This document shows positions 25,346 to 32,139 of a DNA stretch of 43,371 bases, piece after piece; position 1 is the first letter of the stretch; each line of letters begins with the position of its first letter. Below the pieces are notes generated by a model that saw only the letters and a list, made by a program, of their open reading frames with translations, ran no database searches and had not been told where the DNA came from. Position numbers and translations under genes: made by a program. Source of the stretch: Salibacteraceae bacterium. Its GTDB lineage: Bacteria; Bacteroidota; Bacteroidia; Flavobacteriales_G; Salibacteraceae. Location of the stretch: NCBI GenBank assembly GCA_040905305.1, contig JBBDRU010000104.1:1-43371 (forward strand), given 5' to 3'.

Positions 25346-27481
25346 ATGGCAAGAAGAGACAAGTCGAAATATTATAAGCACAAAAAAGAAGCTTCATCAA
25401 ACTCTTCACAACCCACAGAAGAGCCTGAGAAAGTTGATGAAACAGTTGTTGAGTTAGAATTGAAAAACAAAAGCCTACCCTTCATCCTGGTTTTTGCATT
25501 GGGCTTTTTGCTTTATGCCAACACCATTCCTTTTGACTATGTGTTGGATGATAAGCTTTACATCACTTCGAATTCATTTACAAAAAAAGGGCTTGCCGGT
25601 TTGTCAGAAATTTGGACAAATGATTTAATGACCGGTTTCTTTGGCAGTAAAAAAAACCTGGTAGAAGGCGGAAGGTACCGTCCGCTGGCACTCACCACTC
25701 ATGCCGCTGAGTGGCAATTATTTAAAGAAAACCCGCACATCAGTCATTTCATCAACATCGTGCTTTATGGGTTCATAGGTGTGGTGTTGTTGATGGTGTT
25801 ACAACGCATATTTGGGTGGAAAGAAAACCGCTGGTGGTGGAGCATTCCGTTTGTGACAACCTTGCTTTACATCGCCCATCCGCTGCACACAGAAGTGGCA
25901 GCAAACATCAAAAGCCGTGACGAGCTCATGAGTCTGTTTTTTGCCTTGCTCGCATTCAAAGCTGTTTTTGACTTCTTCGAAAAACAAAAAAACAGCACTT
26001 TGGTGCTGAGTGGATTTTGGTTTCTGCTAAGCCTCTTTTCAAAAGAATCTTCCATTACTTTTTTAGGTGTTGTTCCCCTCACATTGATCTTTTTCACTAA
26101 AGAAAAATTGAAACCGGGTATCCTCGCCATGAGTGGGATGATTGGGGCAACTTTACTCTACCTCGCCATAAGGTTATATGTGTTTGCAGATCAAGGGGGA
26201 AGCCTGAGTGTGGCGCAAGAGTTGATGAACAAGCCATACATCAATGCCACCCAAACGGAATGGTTGGCAAGTGTGTTTTTTACCATGGCTCTATACCTAA
26301 AACTGCTTGTTTGGCCTCATCCGTTAACGCATGATTACTATCCGTTTCATCCGTTTAGAACCTATGATGAATTGGTTGCGGGAGCGCGGCCTTACCTTGA
26401 TTGGTCTAGCTCGGGGGCCGTTTTAGGGGTTGTGATCTACGCTGTTATTCTCGGTTATGGACTTTATGCCTTAACCAACCGATTAAAAGGGGGAAAACCA
26501 AACATCATTGGCTACGGGTCTCTCCTTTATTTTGGCACCTTCATATTATTCAGCAACCTGTTTTTTGATATTGGCGCATTTATGAACGAGCGTTTTTTGT
26601 TTATCCCATCCCTCGGGTTTAGCATTATCATCGCTTATCTGATCATTGAGAAAGCCCTGCCAAAACTGGGGCAAAAAACCACCGCTGCACTTTTGGCGAT
26701 TGTGCTCATTGCTTATGCCGGTCAGACCATTTCGCGCAATAATGCATGGGAAAATGACCGCACGCTCGCGATGGCCGATGTGGTTACTTCAGACGGTTCT
26801 GCAAAAGTTAAAATGACCATGGGCAGCGAATTACTGGACATGGCCAAAGAGCAAAGCAACCCCAATGAAAAAACCCGCTTGCTCAAGGAAGCCGAAAAGT
26901 ATTGCTTGCAGTCATTAAAGATCTACCCTCAATACTTTCCGCCATTAGACATTATTGGGAATGTCTATTTTGAAATGGAAAATTATGCCTATAGCGTACA
27001 TTATTTTCTAAGGGCAGTTCAAAAGAAAAGCAACGATACACGGTTGCTAAATAATCTAGAAGCCGTTGGAAACGTGGCCTTAGAAAAAGGCGATATCACT
27101 TCAGCCGAAAAGGCATATAAAACGCTGGCAAAGCTGTATAACGGAGCCGACCAATCGCGAATTCTTTCTGCGCTTGGTGAACTCTATGGGAAACACAAAC
27201 AAGACCTGAACAAAGGAAAAATATACTTGAAGAAAGCTATAAAAGCCAACCCGTCTAACGCTGCTGCTTATCAAAAAATTGGAATCGTTTATGCCATGAC
27301 TTCACAAGCCGACTCGGCATTGTATAACTTCAATCGCGCATTAGAGCTCGACCCTGAAAACGCGCGCGTATTGCTGAACCTAGCCATTTTATACAACCAA
27401 TTAGGCGACAAGGCAAAAGGTGAAGAGTTCATGCAGCGTGCGGTAGAAATCGACCCCAATATAAATGCTCGAAATCGCTAG
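25346..27481 (+). CDS. Multi-pass membrane protein with C-terminal TPR repeats (TMTC/DUF1736-like, GT-C-like glycosyltransferase candidate)
   Basis: 711 aa. About 10 hydrophobic helices lie in aa 45-470. TPR repeats follow (e.g. AAAYQKIGIVYAMTSQADSALYNFNRALELDPENARVLLNLAILYNQLGDKAKGEEFMQRAVEIDP). The ATG directly abuts the ansA stop. Confidence 0.6.
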   Translation: MARRDKSKYYKHKKEASSNSSQPTEEPEKVDETVVELELKNKSLPFILVFALGFLLYANTIPFDYVLDDKLYITSNSFTKKGLAGLSEIWTNDLMTGFFGSKKNLVEGGRYRPLALTTHAAEWQLFKENPHISHFINIVLYGFIGVVLLMVLQRIFGWKENRWWWSIPFVTTLLYIAHPLHTEVAANIKSRDELMSLFFALLAFKAVFDFFEKQKNSTLVLSGFWFLLSLFSKESSITFLGVVPLTLIFFTKEKLKPGILAMSGMIGATLLYLAIRLYVFADQGGSLSVAQELMNKPYINATQTEWLASVFFTMALYLKLLVWPHPLTHDYYPFHPFRTYDELVAGARPYLDWSSSGAVLGVVIYAVILGYGLYALTNRLKGGKPNIIGYGSLLYFGTFILFSNLFFDIGAFMNERFLFIPSLGFSIIIAYLIIEKALPKLGQKTTAALLAIVLIAYAGQTISRNNAWENDRTLAMADVVTSDGSAKVKMTMGSELLDMAKEQSNPNEKTRLLKEAEKYCLQSLKIYPQYFPPLDIIGNVYFEMENYAYSVHYFLRAVQKKSNDTRLLNNLEAVGNVALEKGDITSAEKAYKTLAKLYNGADQSRILSALGELYGKHKQDLNKGKIYLKKAIKANPSNAAAYQKIGIVYAMTSQADSALYNFNRALELDPENARVLLNLAILYNQLGDKAKGEEFMQRAVEIDPNINARNR

Positions 27482-27546
27482 GGATTTCATTGCCATGGAT
27501 CGTTCATTATCAATGTATATATCGTTAAATTCGCAGCCCTAAAACA

Positions 27547-27631
27547 GGAGAGGTGGCAGAGTGGCTGAATGCGCACGCTTGGAAAGCGTGTTTACGGAAA
27601 CGTAACGAGGGTTCGAATCCCTCTCTCTCCG
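27547..27631 (+). tRNA. tRNA-Ser (anticodon GGA)
   Basis: Manual cloverleaf. Acceptor GGAGAGG/TCTCTCC (one G-U pair). Anticodon stem CACGC/GCGTG with loop TTGGAAA (GGA at 27581-27583). Long variable arm. T-arm GAGGG-TTCGAAT-CCCTC. Discriminator G. No encoded CCA. Confidence 0.92.
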
Positions 27632-27664
27632 CAACTTGATACAGACGCTTCGCAAAGTGGGGCG

Positions 27665-28056
27665 TTTTTCATTTTGGCAGACCTGAAGTCCAAGCTTGCT
27701 TGAGCGAAAGGTCGGCCGAAATGAAAACAGACGGTGCGAAGCAGCGACCTGGATCAGGTTGTGTCTCACCCTAATTAGGGATCACCCCGAGTGCTCGGGG
27801 TAATCCCCCTCTCTCCGCAGACAATTAAGCTCAACGCCCCGCATGGGGCGTTTTTCATTTCAGGAGTCCGCTTGAGCTTGCTCAAGTTAGGGCTCAGGAG
27901 ATGAAAATGACCTGAGCGGAAGCCAAGGTTGAGCTTCATTGACTGAGCTTCCACCACGCGACAGGAGTCGCACGGCAGCGCGGGGGGCAAAGCGCGGGGA
28001 CTTTTGTTTCGAGGGGTTTTAGAAAGCTTGCTTTTGCGAATCCTGAGAAATAAAAA
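27665..28056 (+). repeat. Three copies of a ~55-63-nt palindromic element sharing an AGCTTGCT core (27665-27727, 27851-27908, 28002-28056)
   Basis: Each copy has outer inverted arms of the form TTTTCATTT ... AAATGAAAA (degenerate in copy 3). The central AGCTTGCT is at 27693-27700, 27875-27882 and 28025-28032. Copy 2 centre is the palindrome CTTGAGC-TTG-CTCAAG. Confidence 0.45.
27797..27819 (+). repeat. Pseudo copy of the tRNA-Ser 3-prime end (T-arm/acceptor half), copy 2
   Basis: GGGGTAATCCCCCTCTCTCCGCA versus the genuine GGGTTCGAATCCCTCTCTCTCCGCA (27609-27633). It is followed by the perfect hairpin ACGCCCC-GCAT-GGGGCGT plus a T-run (27834-27856). Confidence 0.55.
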
Positions 28057-28222
28057 TGGGCTGTGAAACAGCCGAATTTGTTGAGTTTGTAGCCCCCTCC
28101 ATAACGGGATCACGACAGTAATCCCGAGTCAAATCAATCTCACATTTTGGAATTTGCTTCAGGCTAGAACTCGGTTAGAAGTATTTTCTTCTGTCTAAGA
28201 TCAACTTGATGTCCTCATTTAA

Positions 28223-28253
28223 CTGAGTTAGAAACTCAGATCTTTCTCTCCGC
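28223..28253 (+). repeat. More diverged pseudo copy of the tRNA-Ser 3-prime end, copy 3
   Basis: CTGAG-TTAGAAA-CTCAG (T-arm-like) followed by ATCTTTCTCTCCGCC. It is followed by the hairpin ACGCCCC-ATC-GGGGCGT plus a T-run (28267-28287). The 9-mer CAACTTGAT that follows the real tRNA (27632-27640) recurs at 28202-28210. Confidence 0.45.
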
Positions 28254-28293
28254 CAAAGTATGATCAACGCCCCATCGGGGCGTTTTCTGTTTC

Positions 28294-28330
28294 AATCCTC
28301 AAAGGTTTTTGAAACCTTTGAGGATTTTTA
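28294..28330 (+). terminator. Perfect 15-bp hairpin with T-tract (terminator-like)
   Basis: AATCCTCAAAGGTTT-TTG-AAACCTTTGAGGATT followed by TTTTA. Confidence 0.5.
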
Positions 28331-28565
28331 ATGAGCTACGGCAGCGGTGCATCCCTGCTTGGTTTGTTTTTCTTTTAAAATACGAACGCGATGCCATCGT
28401 GCTCGAGGAACATACGCGCACCATCGGGTGTGACTGTTTGCGGACGAGGAAAGAAGGAACACCGCTTTTCCCGACTTCATGTTTATTTCCAAAGGTGTCA
28501 GGGATTACGCTTCGCTTTAATTCCTGTGTTGGGGCGCGACCATCAGGAGCGCAGAAGGGGTGCGT

Positions 28566-28865
28566 TTACTTCAACTTTTTCTTTGATGGATGTTGGCGAG
28601 TATAGAAGAAGGTAAGCAACTCGATATTGTATTTATTTACCCTGTAATAAAGACTGGTTTGCTTACTGATGACACAACGCCTAATGGAAGTTTGTTGGCT
28701 GGAAGGGTTCATTTCTGGTCGTTGAGCTATTAAGCTTAGGCTTTTCTCGATCTTGGCATCCAGCTTTTTTACTGTTTGCATTCCCCCTTTTTCAAGGAGG
28801 TATTCATACAATTCTTGTTGATCTTGACTCGCCCGATCGGTGTAGTAGATTTTATAGTTGGGCAT
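28566..28865 (-). CDS. Type II toxin, ParE/RelE superfamily
   Basis: 99 aa. Starts MPNYKIYYTDRASQDQQELYEYL and ends ...IELLTFFYTRQHP, typical of plasmid-stabilisation ParE/RelE toxins. Its ATG shares one nt with the antitoxin stop (TGATG). Confidence 0.8.
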   Translation of the reverse strand: MPNYKIYYTDRASQDQQELYEYLLEKGGMQTVKKLDAKIEKSLSLIAQRPEMNPSSQQTSIRRCVISKQTSLYYRVNKYNIELLTFFYTRQHPSKKKLK

Positions 28866-29122
28866 CAGAGTCCGAACTTGGCACTGATCTTTTTTCGAAC
28901 CTCTTCATGTGGAACAAGTTCGCCACGGTCTGTCTGGGCAATGCCTTCTTCAATAGCCTGTCGTTCTTCTTCGCTGATCTCGTTCCACCAGTCAGACTGC
29001 TCTTTCGTAAGAATGTCTTTTATCTTCTGCAAAACAGATTCGCGGGTTTCGCTAAGCAGCTTTTGTGCTAATTCGATTTTTGTAGCTTGAACATCCATGT
29101 TCGCAAAGTTAATTCGTTTCAC
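28865..29122 (-). CDS. Antitoxin, putative addiction-module component (Unstab_antitox-like)
   Basis: KIELAQKLLSE...DWWNEISEEERQAIEEGIAQTDRGELVPHEEV resembles the TIGR02574-type addiction module component. The track start is GTG 29122, but ATG 29098 (MDVQATK...) is more likely. Confidence 0.7.
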   Translation of the reverse strand: MKRINFANMDVQATKIELAQKLLSETRESVLQKIKDILTKEQSDWWNEISEEERQAIEEGIAQTDRGELVPHEEVRKKISAKFGL

Positions 29123-29322
29123 CCAATCGGATGGAACTGCTCAATGTCTTTTTGCAAGTCGTCCAGATCATTGACCAAATAGGCTTTTGTTGAACTGATG
29201 TATTTGTGTCCGGCCATGTATTGGGCTTGTCTGAGGTTGTAGTTTTTCAGCCTGTGAACGATCACACTTGCCCAGCTGCCGCGCGAAACGAAGTTCAGCG
29301 AAGCTAATCCCTTCGCGTGGTC
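29119..29322 (-). pseudogene. C-terminal stub (67 aa) of a tyrosine recombinase/integrase
   Basis: Manual translation in a frame different from track ORF 29168-29362 gives DHAKGLASLNFVSRGSWASVIVHRLKNYNLRQAQYMAGHKYISSTKAYLVNDLDDLQKDIEQFHPIG*. This matches the C-terminal box II region (..R-A-S-V-I.., AGH, catalytic Y) of Bacteroidota integrases. An in-frame stop sits immediately upstream (29323-29325), and the box arginine appears replaced (GSWAS). Confidence 0.65.
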
Positions 29323-29327
29323 TTACC

Positions 29328-29695
29328 TTAATAACTCCACTTCCTGACAACAATGACATCATTCAAATATCCTTTTTCTCCGGTATAATCTCCAGCACTG
29401 CTGTAAAGATATTCCTCTGGTTTATACGCTAACCCTTCCTGAACCGGGTTTTGATGAATGTAATTTATTTTTCGTCAATTACCTTGTTACTCCAAAGCTC
29501 AATCGGTTTATTATCGTGTCTCCAGAATTGATGTTCCGTTGTGTTCGATGACTGCGAAGCCACTTTTTTAAACTGTGCAATCATCCATTCTTTCCTGCTT
29601 TCCCGAGGGTTTTCGCTAATGGCCTCGATAAGTTTTCTACTCGTGAATCGTTTAATATCACCCAACACACTGTCAGGCTTTTCTTCTCCTGGCAC
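29328..29695 (-). pseudogene. Y1 (IS200/IS605-like, RayT-like) transposase remnant: 5-prime truncated and frameshifted
   Basis: Track ORF 29465-29695 gives ...DIKRFTSRKLIEAISENPRESRKEWMIAQFKK...HQFWRHDNKPIELWSNKVIDEK*. The protein continues in another frame as NYIHQNPVQEGLAYKPEEYLYSSAGDYTGEKGYLNDVIVVRKWSY* (stop at 29328-29330). The junction GAAAAATAAATTAC is consistent with a 1-nt deletion. The N-terminal ~60-70 aa, including the HUH region, are missing (in-frame stop at 29696-29698). Confidence 0.7.
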
Positions 29696-29731
29696 CTAAC
29701 CATAAGGGGTCAATCACTTACCTTTGTTTGT

Positions 29732-30121
29732 ATGGTATTGGAAAAGCATAGGGCACATAACACAATAATAAAGGGTGTTGCAATCATTTCATTGATGCTA
29801 ATTTCTATACCGCCAATCTTCAACGTTGGAATAGCCATTAATTATCAGGTTGATCAAAAAGAGTATTTGCAGCGCTGTGAAAACAAGGACAAACCCTTGA
29901 TGCATTGCAATGGGAAATGTGTGCTTGCTAAAAAATTAATGGTTTCCAGAAATAATGAAGCTCCCGACCAACCAAAGATCATAACGCTTCAGTTGGCCTT
30001 TTTTGAAGAACCCGTTGAAACGGTTTTTTTTAAATCCCGCCAGGAATTGACTTTTTTTAATGATTCGGGCAAGCTCAATGACTTTGCACTTCCTATAGAT
30101 CATCCGCCTCAATTTTCATGA
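29732..30121 (+). CDS. Small membrane-anchored protein with Cys motif C-x9-C-NGKC (function unknown)
   Basis: 129 aa. One N-terminal TM segment (IIKGVAIISLMLISIPPIF), then QRCENKDKPLMHCNGKCVLAKKL. A TACCTTTG -7-like box at 29719-29726 almost abuts the ATG, so the start is uncertain (alternative M22 at 29795). Confidence 0.45.
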   Translation: MVLEKHRAHNTIIKGVAIISLMLISIPPIFNVGIAINYQVDQKEYLQRCENKDKPLMHCNGKCVLAKKLMVSRNNEAPDQPKIITLQLAFFEEPVETVFFKSRQELTFFNDSGKLNDFALPIDHPPQFS

Positions 30122-30171
30122 TTTTTTTCGATTCACTCTTTTAAAGACACATTAATCAAACATTAATTATC

Positions 30172-30984
30172 ATGAAAAATAAACTCATATTATGTGTGGT
30201 AGGCGTTGCACTGCTATCATTTATCGGCCCGGGGTGTAAAAATGAAATTCCTGAACCCCCCAATATCAAAGAGATGATCACCTCAGATTTTGTCTTCATT
30301 ACTTCAACCCAAGTAGCAGAACACACCCTGTCGCTTTACGCAGATGAACAACTGAAAGTAGGATACAATCAACTCTATATGATCATGGAAGATCAAGATG
30401 AAAAATTGATCACTGATTTTGAAATAAATAGTATCCGTCCAATGATGGACATGGGTAATATGGAGCACAGCACTCCTATTGAACCTGTTTCTAAAGACAG
30501 CTACAGAGCTCAGGTAGGCATCGTTTTCATTATGCCCTCCACGGCCGGTGACTGGCGCATTGACCTGGGTCTATCTGTTGGAAATCAGAACTATGAAGAA
30601 ACACTGACGTTTGATGTTGAAGCATCTGATCCCACCCGGTTGTTATCATTTGTTGACAGCATTTCAAGCATAAGTTATTTCATTGCACTCGTTGAACCGA
30701 GATTGCCGGAAGTTGGTGAAAACGACTTCATTTTAGGAATCTATCAACGCGAAAGCATGATGAGCTTTCCTCAGGCAGATGATCTTTCTGTGGAAATAGA
30801 GCCGTGGATGCCATCGATGTCTCACGGGTCAACGAACAACGTGAACCCGACTCAGAAAGAAGATGGATTATATCACGGGGTTGTAAATTATTCCATGGCC
30901 GGAGATTGGGAAGTAAGGCTTGTTATTTTAAATAACTCAGGGGATACATTGGCGCAAGACCTTTCTTTTGAGTTTCTGTTATAG
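30172..30984 (+). CDS. Lipoprotein with two tandem YtkA/FixH-like domains carrying Met/His motifs
   Basis: Lipobox SFIGPGC. Two internally similar halves contain IRPMMDMGNMEHSTPIEP...AGDWRIDL and IEPWMPSMSHGSTNNVNP...GLYHGVVNYSMAGDWEVRL. The family name is assigned from memory of YtkA-like domains. Confidence 0.5.
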   Translation: MKNKLILCVVGVALLSFIGPGCKNEIPEPPNIKEMITSDFVFITSTQVAEHTLSLYADEQLKVGYNQLYMIMEDQDEKLITDFEINSIRPMMDMGNMEHSTPIEPVSKDSYRAQVGIVFIMPSTAGDWRIDLGLSVGNQNYEETLTFDVEASDPTRLLSFVDSISSISYFIALVEPRLPEVGENDFILGIYQRESMMSFPQADDLSVEIEPWMPSMSHGSTNNVNPTQKEDGLYHGVVNYSMAGDWEVRLVILNNSGDTLAQDLSFEFLL

Positions 30985-31007
30985 CTTTGATAACGCATCT
31001 TTCTTGT

Positions 31008-31039
31008 GGAGCGCGATGTTTTATCGCGCTCCTTTTTTT
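31008..31039 (+). terminator. Rho-independent terminator after the lipoprotein gene
   Basis: GGAGCGCGAT-GTTTT-ATCGCGCTCC followed by TTTTTTT. Confidence 0.7.
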
Positions 31040-31114
31040 ATCAAGAATCAACAGCTATGTTCAACAACCTTCCTATCGCAGGTGATAAAAGATTAAACGT
31101 TAAAAACCCGATCC

Positions 31115-31666
31115 ATGCAAAAAGCCTTCAAACACAAATCTGAATCTGAAATGGTGCTTGCAGAACTGATGACGCCAAACAACAGCAACTTCAGCGGCAA
31201 AATTCATGGAGGATATATCCTCTCAAAAATGGATGCTGTGGCCTTTGCATGTGCATCAAAACATTCCGGACATTATTGTGTCACTGCTTCGGTAAACACG
31301 GTAGATTTTTTAGCCCCGATAGAAGTGGGCGAATTGGTGTCCATGAAAGCCATGATCAATTATGTTGGCACCAGTTCGATGGTAGTCGGAATCCGGGTAG
31401 AGTCAGAAAACATTCACACCGGAGAAGTAAAACACTGCAACTCCAGCTATTTCACCATGGTGGCCAAATCAGAAGATGGCTCAAACGCAAAAGTGCCGGG
31501 AATTATTCTTGAATCATCTGAAGATGTAAGGCGATTTTTACGAAGCATTGAACGCAAACGGGTAAGGAAAATAAGATCTACCGAATATGGCAGCGATGGA
31601 TTTGACCTGCAAAAGCATATAAAAAAACTGGAAGGACACAATGTTTCCCTGAAACTGCCTGATTGA
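31115..31666 (+). CDS. Acyl-CoA thioesterase (hotdog fold, YciA/ACOT-like)
   Basis: LMTPNNSNFSGKIHGGYILSKMDAVAFACASKHSG...VTASVNTVDFLAPIEVGELV is the typical 4HBT/BFIT hotdog signature. Confidence 0.85.
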   Translation: MQKAFKHKSESEMVLAELMTPNNSNFSGKIHGGYILSKMDAVAFACASKHSGHYCVTASVNTVDFLAPIEVGELVSMKAMINYVGTSSMVVGIRVESENIHTGEVKHCNSSYFTMVAKSEDGSNAKVPGIILESSEDVRRFLRSIERKRVRKIRSTEYGSDGFDLQKHIKKLEGHNVSLKLPD

Positions 31667-31667
31667 A

Positions 31668-32060
31668 CTATTCAAAATAATCATGGTAAGCACTGAGGTG
31701 GCTTTTTACTGCCGGTAATTCATCTTCACAGTTTTCCTTGCTGCAGTCTTGCAGCGGAACCAAAAGGCTTCTCAACGGAATCAAATAGTTATGCAGCTGC
31801 TCGTGCGCATTGCCTTTCATGGTGCATTTGGCAAAAATCATTTGAAAATCATTCAATAGCGCTAGGTGCAATTCCATTCCAGATTGCGTCTGGTTGTTTT
31901 CGAATGCACTTACCTTATCCTGCATGGCTTTTATGCCATCGGTAGTTTCTTGATTTGCCTTCCATTTTTCTCCTTCGTTCAACTCAACATTAAGTTCCTG
32001 ACTCAAAAGAGCGCTTGAAGAACACAGCAAAAAAACCAGAATAAATACGCTTCTCATCAT
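31668..32060 (-). CDS. Secreted hypothetical protein (helical, His/Cys-containing)
   Basis: Signal peptide MMRSVFILVFLLCSSSALLSQ. 130 aa. No family recognised. Confidence 0.45.
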   Translation of the reverse strand: MMRSVFILVFLLCSSSALLSQELNVELNEGEKWKANQETTDGIKAMQDKVSAFENNQTQSGMELHLALLNDFQMIFAKCTMKGNAHEQLHNYLIPLRSLLVPLQDCSKENCEDELPAVKSHLSAYHDYFE

Positions 32061-32139
32061 TCAAAAATTAAATTAGACCTCCATAAAGGTAACGAAAGTT
32101 TTAAGCCTGAAGAATAATCAAGCTCAGGTTCTAATCATA

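Noticed and set aside
27539-28113. Track ORFs 27539-27769(-) and 27775-28113(-) as protein-coding genes
   Set aside because: The first is antisense to and overlaps the tRNA-Ser gene. Both run through the pseudo-tRNA ends, terminator hairpins and palindromic repeats. Their translations are Arg/Pro/Ser-rich low-complexity strings with no recognisable domain.
28309-28615. Track ORFs 28309-28605(+) and 28391-28615(+)
   Set aside because: They overlap each other in different frames, start inside a perfect hairpin, run into the 3-prime end of the convergent ParE/RelE gene, and have no recognisable motif. I treat the block as non-coding GC-rich DNA.
29168-29362. Track ORF 29168-29362(-) as a gene
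   Set aside because: It is the wrong reading frame of the integrase remnant. The frame ending at 29119 gives a recognisable tyrosine-recombinase C-terminus, whereas this one gives none.
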